From Candidatus Firestoneibacteriota bacterium (lineage in GTDB: Bacteria; Oederibacteriota; D2-FULL-39-29; JBBTED01): DNA of 19,450 nt. The translations under genes were made by a program, and so were the position numbers. The first letter of the stretch is position 1. Each line of letters opens with the position of its first letter. The stretch covers positions 6,308 through 25,757 of the forward strand of contig JBBTED010000015.1 of NCBI GenBank assembly GCA_038042445.1, in the 5' to 3' direction. A model generated the notes under the pieces. The model was not told where the DNA came from, ran no database searches, and saw nothing but the letters and a program-made list of their open reading frames with translations. Below are positions 9,814 to 17,749 of this stretch, piece after piece.

Positions 9814-10032
9814 ATGTATGTTTCTGTAAAGGTAATTCCAAATGCTTCTAAAAATGAAATAAAGGAGATAGAGGGTAAGCTGAAAGTTTATTTAACTACA
9901 TCTCCAATTGATGGAAAAGCAAATAAATCACTAATTGAATTATTGAGTGGACATTTTAATGTTAAAAGGCGTAATATAAATATTATACGTGGTGTGAAAT
10001 CAAGAAATAAGATGATTGAGGTGATTCAATGA
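9814..10032 (+). CDS. DUF167 (YggU/UPF0235) family protein
   Basis: VKVIPNASKNEI...LKVYLT..PIDGKANKSLIELLS...IIRGVKSRNK pattern; 72 aa. Confidence 0.88.
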   Translation: MYVSVKVIPNASKNEIKEIEGKLKVYLTTSPIDGKANKSLIELLSGHFNVKRRNINIIRGVKSRNKMIEVIQ

Positions 10033-10580
10033 AAAAATTTAAAAGAAGACAGTACTTAATAAATAAGAAAATGCAGCTTAAATATGCTGCAATGATTGCG
10101 GGAACACTTATATTTTTGTTGGTTTTAATAGAACTGCACACTTTTTATATAATTAAAGCTATATTGCCAAATCTTTTTTCAACTTCCGTAAAAGAAGAAA
10201 TACGTGATATTGTATCTAAACTTTTAATAAGTGGTGTGTTATATTTGATTCTTATAACTGTATTGTCTATATTTGTTTCACATAAGATTGCTGGTCCTGT
10301 ATATCGGTTCAATAAAGATATAAATGAAATTATTCACACTGGGAAATTTGACAAATATATACGGGTAAGAGAAAAAGATGAATTGCAGGATGTTGCAAAA
10401 GCATTGAATAATTTGATTCAGGATTGGAGTCATAAAAGCGAAACAATAAAGATTAATCATAAGGTAATAGCAGATAAAATAGAACAAGTAATTAAAGAAT
10501 TGCAAACATCTAATTTACCTGAAAATTTGAAAGCGAAAAATATTGCTGAATTACATGAAGCTATTAAAATATTAGCTTGA
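10029..10580 (+). CDS. Small membrane protein: 2 TM helices, HAMP domain, short coiled coil
   Basis: RRQYLINKKMQLKY N-terminus, two hydrophobic helices and SHKIAGPVYRF...IRVREKDELQDVAKALN (HAMP). ATGA overlap with the upstream gene. Confidence 0.75.
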   Translation: MKKFKRRQYLINKKMQLKYAAMIAGTLIFLLVLIELHTFYIIKAILPNLFSTSVKEEIRDIVSKLLISGVLYLILITVLSIFVSHKIAGPVYRFNKDINEIIHTGKFDKYIRVREKDELQDVAKALNNLIQDWSHKSETIKINHKVIADKIEQVIKELQTSNLPENLKAKNIAELHEAIKILA

Positions 10581-10590
10581 ATTTTATCCA

Positions 10591-12834
10591 GTGCGTCAGC
10601 CTTTATTATACCTAACAATATCTTATATAATTGGAATAATTTTTGCTGCAAATATTTTTATTCCATTTCTAATCATTTTTATAGGATTAAGTTTATTATT
10701 ACTTCTTTATCTTATAATTATTAAAAATAAGACAAGCTTGATTAAGAACGGCAACCTTTTGCTAATAGTATTTTTAATTGGAGCACTATTTTATAATATC
10801 CATACACAAATTTATCCTGAAAATCATATTAAGCATATTGTCTCTGGTGAAAAAAGACAGACCATAGGTAAAGAATTATCCGCAGAAGTTACTGGAGTTT
10901 TAATACAGGATTCAGTAAAAGAATTAGAAAAACACAAAATTCAATTATTAGTTGATATAAATGAGATAAATGGTAAAAAAACTTCTGGGTTAGTGTTGGT
11001 TTCGGCATACGGAAATATTACTCGAATTGATTGTAATTATGGAGATGTGGTAAGAATTAAAGGTAAAATATATAGTCCAGAACCACCTAAAAATCCAGGA
11101 GAATTTAACTATACGGCGTATCTTGCCAGAAAAAAAATATTTGCAGTTATGTCTACGACTTTAGTGGGTGATGAGGGGTTAAGTAAAATTGACACAGGCA
11201 AAGGAAATTTTTTTATCGGAATTGCATATAAAATAAAGGCTAAAGTTACTAAAATTTTATATACAAGTATGCCTTTTGTTACAGTATTTCCTGCAGTTAC
11301 ACTTCCAGTGTTCCCTTCGGTCTCTGATAATAATATTTGGCATCAAACTTATCTACAGGCAGGATTACTTGATGGTTTGATGCTTGGTAATGAAAAAGCT
11401 TTGCCTATGGAATATCGCGAGATGTTTAGAGATACAGGAACAATGCATATACTTGCAGTTTCCGGATTAAATGTTGGATTTATGGTTTTTATATTTTTTA
11501 CTTTTCTAAGATTTTTATCACTCAACAAACGGATTTCATCTGGCATAACTATAATTTTTATCATTCTTTTTGCTACTATTACAGGAAGTTCTGCTTCTGT
11601 ATTACGTGCTTCAATAATGGCAATTACAGTTTTAATTGCCTATTTTCTTGAAAGAGATACTGATATTTATAACAGTTTAGCATTGTCTGCACTTATAATT
11701 CTTGTTGTTTCGCCACTTTCACTTTTCGATGTTGGATTTCAGCTCTCGTATGTAGCAACAATAGGTATAATATATGTTGCTTCTTTATTTGAAAAAGTAT
11801 TTTCACCGCTTCCAAAGTTTATTAGAGTTACACTTGCAGTTACTTTAAGCGCACAATTGGCAGTTTATCCTTTTTTAACATATTATTTTAATAAAGTTTC
11901 TTTAATATCTGTTTTTGCAAATATAGTAATAGTTCCACTAGCAAGTTTATCAACTGCGCTTGGATTCGTTACTACTATAATTGGTTTTATATCTATTGAA
12001 ATAGCAAAAATATTTGGTTCTGCAAATTGGTTTATATTAACTTTAAATTTGGAATCTGTGAATTTATTTTCTAAAATACCTTATGCAGTTTTAGAGGTAT
12101 GTTCACCCTCATTTATTTTTATAGTATCCTACTATTTATTGTTTCTACTCATCGGTTTTAAAAATTTCAATATAAGGCAAAGCTTTGCTGTCATAATAGT
12201 TTTAATTATTGTTAATTTGAACATCTGGGGAAAATTAATTCTTCCACTCGTGCAAAATGATGCGAGATTTACATTTTTTGCATTGAAAAAAAATATCGTA
12301 TATTTTGTGCAATTGCCAGACAACAAAAGCTTGTTTATTTTTGAAAAATGTGATTCCTTAAATAAGAAAAATATAGATACCTTAAGAACATTTTTACTTA
12401 AAGAAGGCATAGGGGAAATAGATGCTTTGGTGGCATTCTCCGATTTTTCAAATACACAGGATATGGATATTTTAATAAATGGATTTAAAATAAAAAATAT
12501 ATTTTCGGCAAAAAATGGCAGTTTAAATACTGCATCTAACTTGAAATTATTGGAGTTGATTTTACATAAAAAAATTTACTATAAGACATTTGACAAAAAT
12601 GATAAAATATTAGTAAATAATTCAAAATATGGAGAATTTGCTTTTTGGGACGCACAAATTTTAGGGAAAGATTTTAATTGTTCAATTAGTGAAGATGTTT
12701 CTGTTAAATCAGATAATTATATAGTTGAAATTAGAAATCCAAAAGAGGAACCTGAAAAATGGGAAAAATACGAAATAAAAACTGCATTAAATATTTCTAC
12801 AAATGGCAGAAAATTTTCAATACTTACATTCTGA
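10591..12834 (+). CDS. comEC: DNA uptake channel ComEC/Rec2 family protein
   Basis: OB-like region (YGDVVRIKG..P.NPGEFNY..YL), competence domain (FRDTGTMHILAVSGLNVG, SVLRASIM, LFDVGFQLSY, FANIVIVP) and a degenerate C-terminal domain. GTG start. Confidence 0.93.
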   Translation: MRQPLLYLTISYIIGIIFAANIFIPFLIIFIGLSLLLLLYLIIIKNKTSLIKNGNLLLIVFLIGALFYNIHTQIYPENHIKHIVSGEKRQTIGKELSAEVTGVLIQDSVKELEKHKIQLLVDINEINGKKTSGLVLVSAYGNITRIDCNYGDVVRIKGKIYSPEPPKNPGEFNYTAYLARKKIFAVMSTTLVGDEGLSKIDTGKGNFFIGIAYKIKAKVTKILYTSMPFVTVFPAVTLPVFPSVSDNNIWHQTYLQAGLLDGLMLGNEKALPMEYREMFRDTGTMHILAVSGLNVGFMVFIFFTFLRFLSLNKRISSGITIIFIILFATITGSSASVLRASIMAITVLIAYFLERDTDIYNSLALSALIILVVSPLSLFDVGFQLSYVATIGIIYVASLFEKVFSPLPKFIRVTLAVTLSAQLAVYPFLTYYFNKVSLISVFANIVIVPLASLSTALGFVTTIIGFISIEIAKIFGSANWFILTLNLESVNLFSKIPYAVLEVCSPSFIFIVSYYLLFLLIGFKNFNIRQSFAVIIVLIIVNLNIWGKLILPLVQNDARFTFFALKKNIVYFVQLPDNKSLFIFEKCDSLNKKNIDTLRTFLLKEGIGEIDALVAFSDFSNTQDMDILINGFKIKNIFSAKNGSLNTASNLKLLELILHKKIYYKTFDKNDKILVNNSKYGEFAFWDAQILGKDFNCSISEDVSVKSDNYIVEIRNPKEEPEKWEKYEIKTALNISTNGRKFSILTF

Positions 12835-12858
12835 TAATTTTGCAATAGCAGTTTTTTT

Positions 12859-13111
12859 GTAATGGGTCAGTGAAATACGGTATAAGAGGCAAAAATTTTA
12901 GTGGATTTCCCCTTTGTTACTATTTAAAAGACTCTGGATTCCCGATAGAAACATTCGGGAATGACGAAATTACAAAATACCATTTTGATTCTGGAATTTG
13001 CAGTTTTTTTCTTGTTATCTATGAAAAAGCATGTCACTCCCAACTTGATTGGGAATCCAGAGTCTTACCTTTTCTTTTTTTTACAGTATCCGTATTTTAC
13101 TGACCCATTAC
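12859..13111. mobile_element. 253-bp MITE (non-autonomous IS derivative, IS66-like ends)
   Basis: 22-bp terminal inverted repeats GTAATGGGTCAGTGAAATACGG (12859-12880) and CCGTATTTTACTGACCCATTAC (13090-13111) with 1 mismatch. 8-bp direct repeats GTTTTTTT at 12851-12858 and 13112-13119. No transposase. Confidence 0.85.
12928..13066. repeat. Nested inverted pair of ATTCCC..GGGAAT palindromic repeats inside the MITE
   Basis: AAGACTCTGGATTCCC-GATAGAAACATTC-GGGAATGAC (12928-12965) and GTCACTCCC-AACTTGATT-GGGAATCCAGAGTCTT (13033-13066). The outer 16 bp are perfectly complementary. Confidence 0.8.
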
Positions 13112-13118
13112 GTTTTTT

Positions 13119-13148
13119 TTGACTTTTAGGTATAATTAGTGTTACAAT
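13119..13148 (+). promoter_or_regulatory. Putative extended -10 sigma70 promoter for acpS-nnr-DUF362-thiL-tsaE
   Basis: TTGACT (13119-13124), 18-nt spacer, TG-T-TACAAT (13140-13148); a second TATAAT at 13131-13136. ATG at 13157 with no SD. Confidence 0.65.
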
Positions 13149-13156
13149 CTATTTAA

Positions 13157-13525
13157 ATGTCAGAAATAGGGTTGGATATTGTTGAGGTTGTTAGGGTAAA
13201 ACGTGCTATTTGTAAATATGGGGATAAGTTCATAAATCGTATATATACTCCTGCAGAAATCAAATATTGTAAAGAGAAAGTTAATCCTTATACACATTTT
13301 ACAGGTCGATTTGCTGCAAAAGAAGCTATATTGAAAGCTTTGCCGGAAGGATGGCAGGGTAAATTGAAATGGACAGATATAGAGATAAAAAACAACTCCA
13401 CTGGTAATCCACGAATTATATTAAAAGGGACAGCATTAAAATTTTGCCACCGAAAAAAAATCAAGAAGATAAAAATTACAATTTCTCACGAGAAAAATTA
13501 TGCTGTAGCTTTAGCAATGGTATAA
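13157..13525 (+). CDS. acpS: Holo-[acyl-carrier-protein] synthase
   Basis: Motifs IGLDIVEV.R, GRFAAKEAILKAL, W.DIEI....G.P and ITISHE; 122 aa. Confidence 0.96.
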   Translation: MSEIGLDIVEVVRVKRAICKYGDKFINRIYTPAEIKYCKEKVNPYTHFTGRFAAKEAILKALPEGWQGKLKWTDIEIKNNSTGNPRIILKGTALKFCHRKKIKKIKITISHEKNYAVALAMV

Positions 13526-13570
13526 AATTATTGTTTGGTAGAAGAATACAAACCATAAGTAAAAAATTAT
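13524..13570 (+). repeat. Copy 3 of the 39-bp hairpin family
   Basis: AAAATTATTGTTTGGTAGAAGAATACAAACCATAAGTAA-AAAATTAT aligns without gaps to 8010-8056, with a CC/GG to TT/AA compensatory change in the stem. Confidence 0.8.
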
Positions 13571-15119
13571 GAAACTTGTAAATACAGAAGAAATGCGAAA
13601 AATAGATAATCGAACAATTCAGGAATTTAATATTCCTTCTATTGAGCTTATGGAACGTGCAGGGACTGCTTGCGTGGAAAATATATTAAAAGAATTTAGT
13701 GGTTTAAAAGGTAAGAAGGTAGGTATTTTTGTTGGAAAGGGAAATAATGGTGGAGATGGTTTGGTTATTGCAAGATTGTTAGCCAACAAAAAAATTCCAG
13801 TTAAAGTATTTTTAGTTGCCAGAGAAGAAGACATTTCAGATGATGCAAAAATTAATCTTAATAAATTATTTAAAATTGGTATAAAAGTTAAAGAAATAAA
13901 TTCATTTAGAAAGTTTGAAAAAGAAAGAGATAATATCAATGGTGTTGATATTATAGTGGATGCACTTTTAGGCACAGGATTTAAAGGTGCTGTTACAGGA
14001 TTGTTGGCAAATATCATTGATTATCTGAATACTACAGGTAAGCCGATAATTGCAGTTGATTTGCCATCTGGGTTGAATGTTGATCTTGGAAATGCAAGTG
14101 GTTCTTGTATAAATGCAGATTTAACAATAACACTTGGTTTGCCAAAATTTGGTTTATTTATGTATCCAGGTGTAAAATATGCAGGTAGAGTTGTAGTGGG
14201 AGATATTGGTATTCCTGATGAAATAATAAAAAAAGAGAAATTAAATATAAATCTAACAGATACAAAAGATGTTTTGAATTTATTACCTAAAAGAGAACTG
14301 AATGCCCATAAAGGCAGTGTGGGGAAAGTGCTGATAGTTGGTGGTTCAATTGGATTAACCGGTGCAGTAGCTTTAACGAGTCAGGCTGTTTTAAGGTCTG
14401 GAGCTGGTATGGCAATTTTGGCAATACCAGAAAGTCTTAATCAGATAATGGAAACAAAACTTACAGAAGTAATTACTAAACCTATACCTGAAACAAAAAA
14501 TCACACCATTGCATTATCTTCAGAAAAGTTGATTTTGGAACTTGCAAATGGTTGTAATGCTATTGCTTTGGGGCCGGGTTTAGGAAGAAACAAAGAAACA
14601 GATCAATTTGTAAAAAAAATCATACAGTATGCTAAAGTTCCTATAGTTTTAGATGCAGATGGATTAAATGCAATTGTAGGTAGTATAAATATTTTAAAGC
14701 AATCAAAAGTGCCTTTAGTTTTAACTCCGCATCCTGGTGAAATGGCACGGCTTATTAATTCAAATATAGAAGAAGTTTTGCGGGATAGATTTAATTTGGC
14801 GCGTGAATTTGCAATTAAAAATAAAGTTATTCTTGTTTTGAAAGGTTCATATACTGTTATTGCTGATTTTAAAGGTGAGCTTTGGGTTAATTCAACAGGT
14901 AATTCTGGTATGGCAACTGCGGGCACAGGAGATGTATTAACAGGAATTATTGCATCACTTATTGCACAAGGATTAACGCCGATAGATGCAAGTATTGCTG
15001 GGGTTTACATACATGGTTTAGCAGGAGATTTAGCTAAAGATGAAAAAACTGAAATGGGGCTTATAGCTACTGATGTATTAGAAAATATTCCTTCTGCAAT
15101 TAAATTTATCCAGAAATAA
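13569..15119 (+). CDS. nnr: Bifunctional NAD(P)H-hydrate epimerase/dehydratase (YjeF/Nnr)
   Basis: YjeF_N motifs (LMERAG, GKGNNGGDG, VDALLGTG, AVDLPSG) fused to a kinase-like domain (HKGSVG, GPGLG, LDADGL, LTPHPGEM, ATAGTGDVL). Confidence 0.96.
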   Translation: MKLVNTEEMRKIDNRTIQEFNIPSIELMERAGTACVENILKEFSGLKGKKVGIFVGKGNNGGDGLVIARLLANKKIPVKVFLVAREEDISDDAKINLNKLFKIGIKVKEINSFRKFEKERDNINGVDIIVDALLGTGFKGAVTGLLANIIDYLNTTGKPIIAVDLPSGLNVDLGNASGSCINADLTITLGLPKFGLFMYPGVKYAGRVVVGDIGIPDEIIKKEKLNINLTDTKDVLNLLPKRELNAHKGSVGKVLIVGGSIGLTGAVALTSQAVLRSGAGMAILAIPESLNQIMETKLTEVITKPIPETKNHTIALSSEKLILELANGCNAIALGPGLGRNKETDQFVKKIIQYAKVPIVLDADGLNAIVGSINILKQSKVPLVLTPHPGEMARLINSNIEEVLRDRFNLAREFAIKNKVILVLKGSYTVIADFKGELWVNSTGNSGMATAGTGDVLTGIIASLIAQGLTPIDASIAGVYIHGLAGDLAKDEKTEMGLIATDVLENIPSAIKFIQK

Positions 15120-15148
15120 TTCAAACTTGTATTAAAAAGGTTATAAAT

Positions 15149-16294
15149 ATGGTCAAAGTCGCAATTGTTAAATGTGATAAGTATGAAGAAGAAAAAGTTG
15201 AAAACGCTATTAGAAAATCCCTTGAACAAATTGGCGGATTAAAAAAAATTATAAAAACTGGCGATAAAGTATTTCTTAAACCTAATTTCTTAACTGCTAA
15301 AACTCCTGATGAAGCTGTAACAACCCATCCATTTATAATCAAAGCTGTTATAAAATGTGTTCGTGAAGTAGGAGGAATTATATCTGTAGGAGATTGCCCT
15401 GGAGAAGTTTTACTTGGGATTGAGAAAATATGGGAAATTACAGGTGTAAAGAAAGTATGTGATGAAATGGGGGTAGAACTTGTTAATCTTGAAAAATCAG
15501 GAAGCAAAGAAGTTGTTTTAAATAATGGAAGACGTCTTGTTATTGCAATACCAATTTTAGAATGTGATTGCTTGATATCTCTGCCAAAATTTAAGAGCCA
15601 TACTTTAACAGGTTTGACAGGCGCAATTAAAAATTTATTTGGAACCATTCCTGGGTTAAATAAAGCATCATATCACAGGGTGTGTAAAGGTCCTGCAGAT
15701 TTTGCAAGTGTAACTGCTGATATTTTGGCTACAGTTAAGCCTAAATTAGCAATAATGGATGGAGTAATTGGTATGGATAAAGATGGTCCATCAGCAGGCA
15801 GAATAAGAGATATTGGCGTAATTATGGCAAGTTATGATTGTGTAGCTTTAGATACTGTAATGTCTCATATAGTGAATTATCCGCCAATGAAAATAGATAC
15901 TATACGAGTTGCATCAGAGCAGGATTTGGGTGTGGCAGATTTAAAAAATATCGAGGTTGTTGGTGAATCTTTGGATGCTGTAATAATTAAAGATTTTAAA
16001 ATGCCGTTTACTGTGTGGAAAAGCAGGATTCCTGAGTTTATAAAGCGGTTTTACTGGAGGCAAATAAAAATTAAGCCGTATATGGATGAAAAAATTTGCA
16101 CAAAATGTGGAACTTGTGCTAAAATTTGTCCTGTGTCTGCAATAAAATGGGTTAAAGGGTATCCTAAAGTTGATTATAAAAAATGTATTGAGTGTCTTTG
16201 CTGTTCTGAACTTTGTAAATATAAAGCAGTAGAATTGGAAAAAAGTTTTTTAATAAATTTGTGGCTTAAAAGTGATAAGCCCTCAAAATTTTAA
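15149..16294 (+). CDS. DUF362 domain protein with C-terminal 2x[4Fe-4S] ferredoxin domain
   Basis: Motifs VFLKPNFL, TTHP, SLPKFKSH...TGAIKNLFG, MDG...DGPSAG and D.VALD; cluster motifs CTKCGTCAKICP and CIECLCCSELC. Confidence 0.9.
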   Translation: MVKVAIVKCDKYEEEKVENAIRKSLEQIGGLKKIIKTGDKVFLKPNFLTAKTPDEAVTTHPFIIKAVIKCVREVGGIISVGDCPGEVLLGIEKIWEITGVKKVCDEMGVELVNLEKSGSKEVVLNNGRRLVIAIPILECDCLISLPKFKSHTLTGLTGAIKNLFGTIPGLNKASYHRVCKGPADFASVTADILATVKPKLAIMDGVIGMDKDGPSAGRIRDIGVIMASYDCVALDTVMSHIVNYPPMKIDTIRVASEQDLGVADLKNIEVVGESLDAVIIKDFKMPFTVWKSRIPEFIKRFYWRQIKIKPYMDEKICTKCGTCAKICPVSAIKWVKGYPKVDYKKCIECLCCSELCKYKAVELEKSFLINLWLKSDKPSKF

Positions 16295-16309
16295 AAAAGT
16301 GAAAATTTT

Positions 16310-16343
16310 CCTCTCCCCTTGTGGGAGAGGGTAGGGTGAGGGG
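16310..16343 (+). repeat. BoxC-like purine/pyrimidine-skewed palindromic repeat
   Basis: CCTCTCCC-CTTGT-GGGAGAGG hairpin followed by GTAGGGTGAGGGG; a GC-rich island in an AT-rich spacer. Confidence 0.75.
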
Positions 16344-16352
16344 TATTTTTAG

Positions 16353-17315
16353 ATGAAATCAATGAAAGAATTAGGTGAATTTGGATTGATTGAAAAAATA
16401 AGACGTTCTATGCGTAGGAATAATAATATTTTAGTAAATATAGGTGATGATACTGCAGTTATTAAATCTGATAAATCAAAATTATTGCTTCTAACTACTG
16501 ATATGCTTGTAGAAGACATACATTTTACATTGAAACATACAAATCCAATTGAATTAGGAATGAAATCTATAGCTGTGAATTTAAGTGACATTGCAGCTAT
16601 GGGTGGAATTCCAAAATACATTCTTGTTTCTGTAGGTATTCCTAAAAGTCTGCCTATTAAATTTATAGATGGTATGCACAGAGGTATGAAGAAAATGGCA
16701 AAAAAATATAATGTCCATATAGTTGGAGGTGATACAGTAGAATCTCCTAAAGCGTTAGTTATTAATATAGCTTTGACTGGTGAAGTTGAGCCACATAATT
16801 TCATAACACGAAGTGGTGCAAAGATTGGGGATGCTATTTTAGTTACAGGTAGTTTAGGTTATGTTTCAGCAAAATTACAATTTTTACGAAGAACAATTGT
16901 TCCAATTCCAAGAGTAAGAGAAGCGAGAGAAATTGCAAAAATTAGAGGTGCAAATGCAATGATAGATGTGAGTGATGGATTGTCTTCGGATTTGGGGCAT
17001 ATACTTGAAGAAAGTAAAGTAGGTGCCAGATTATTTGCTGATAAAATTCCAGTTTCCAGAGAAACTATAAGTTTATGCAAAGGTAGTAATAAAAAACCTC
17101 TTTGGTTTGCTCTAAATGGCGGAGAGGATTACGAACTTTTATGGACATCGCCTATGAATAAAGTAAATGAAGTTATTAAAAGAGTGCAAAAACATACAGG
17201 GACTAAAGCTACAGTTATTGGTGTAATACTTAAAAAAGAATGTGGGAATGCAATAGTTTATAGTACAGGGAAAATTGAGAAATTGAATAAGTCAGGATAT
17301 GAACATTTCAAATGA
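16353..17315 (+). CDS. thiL: Thiamine-monophosphate kinase
   Basis: Motifs LGEFGLIE, IGDDTAV, TTDMLVEDIHF, NLSDIAAMGG, GGDT, MIDVSDGL and GGEDYEL, ending in GYEHF. Confidence 0.97.
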   Translation: MKSMKELGEFGLIEKIRRSMRRNNNILVNIGDDTAVIKSDKSKLLLLTTDMLVEDIHFTLKHTNPIELGMKSIAVNLSDIAAMGGIPKYILVSVGIPKSLPIKFIDGMHRGMKKMAKKYNVHIVGGDTVESPKALVINIALTGEVEPHNFITRSGAKIGDAILVTGSLGYVSAKLQFLRRTIVPIPRVREAREIAKIRGANAMIDVSDGLSSDLGHILEESKVGARLFADKIPVSRETISLCKGSNKKPLWFALNGGEDYELLWTSPMNKVNEVIKRVQKHTGTKATVIGVILKKECGNAIVYSTGKIEKLNKSGYEHFK

Positions 17316-17749
17316 AACATTTCATTTCAAAAAGTCCTTCTGAAACTTTTAAAATAGGGTATAAAATTGGCAAGAGTTTAAATAAACCACAAGTACTTGC
17401 TTTAATAGGTGAACTTGGTGCAGGGAAAACTTGCATAATAAAAGGAATAGCCAAAGGTTTTGGAGTTAAAGAAATTATCACAAGTCCTACTTTCATAATA
17501 ATGAAAGTTTATAATGGGAGATTGCCTTTATATCATTTTGATTTATATCGTATTAAAAATATAAATGAATTATTTAATATAGGATATGAAGAATATTTTT
17601 ATAGTGATGGCATCTGTGTAGTTGAATGGGCAGACAAAGCAGAGAATTTACTTCCTGATAACACTATTATAATAAAATTAAAATACATAAACTCAAATAC
17701 GCGTGAGATAATAATTGCAAAAGTTGATAAATCAGCAACTACAAATTAA
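17312..17749 (+). CDS. tsaE: tRNA t6A biosynthesis ATPase TsaE (YjeE)
   Basis: Walker A GELGAGKT plus ITSPTF, YHFDLYR and VVEW. ATGA overlap with thiL. Confidence 0.97.
   Translation: MKHFISKSPSETFKIGYKIGKSLNKPQVLALIGELGAGKTCIIKGIAKGFGVKEIITSPTFIIMKVYNGRLPLYHFDLYRIKNINELFNIGYEEYFYSDGICVVEWADKAENLLPDNTIIIKLKYINSNTREIIIAKVDKSATTN

Noticed and set aside
12866..12880. Similarity of the MITE TIR (GTCAGTGAAATACGG) to hairpin copy 2 (GTCCGGTGAAAAAATACGG)
   Set aside because: A short gapped match not shared with the other copies; insufficient to link the two families.
12870..13103. 77-aa ORF spanning the MITE
   Set aside because: No SD and no transposase-like motif; it is built largely from TIR and palindromic repeat sequence, so it is probably fortuitous.
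16295..16352. TPP riboswitch upstream of thiL
   Set aside because: Too short and lacks the CTGAGA core; the sequence fits a BoxC-like repeat.
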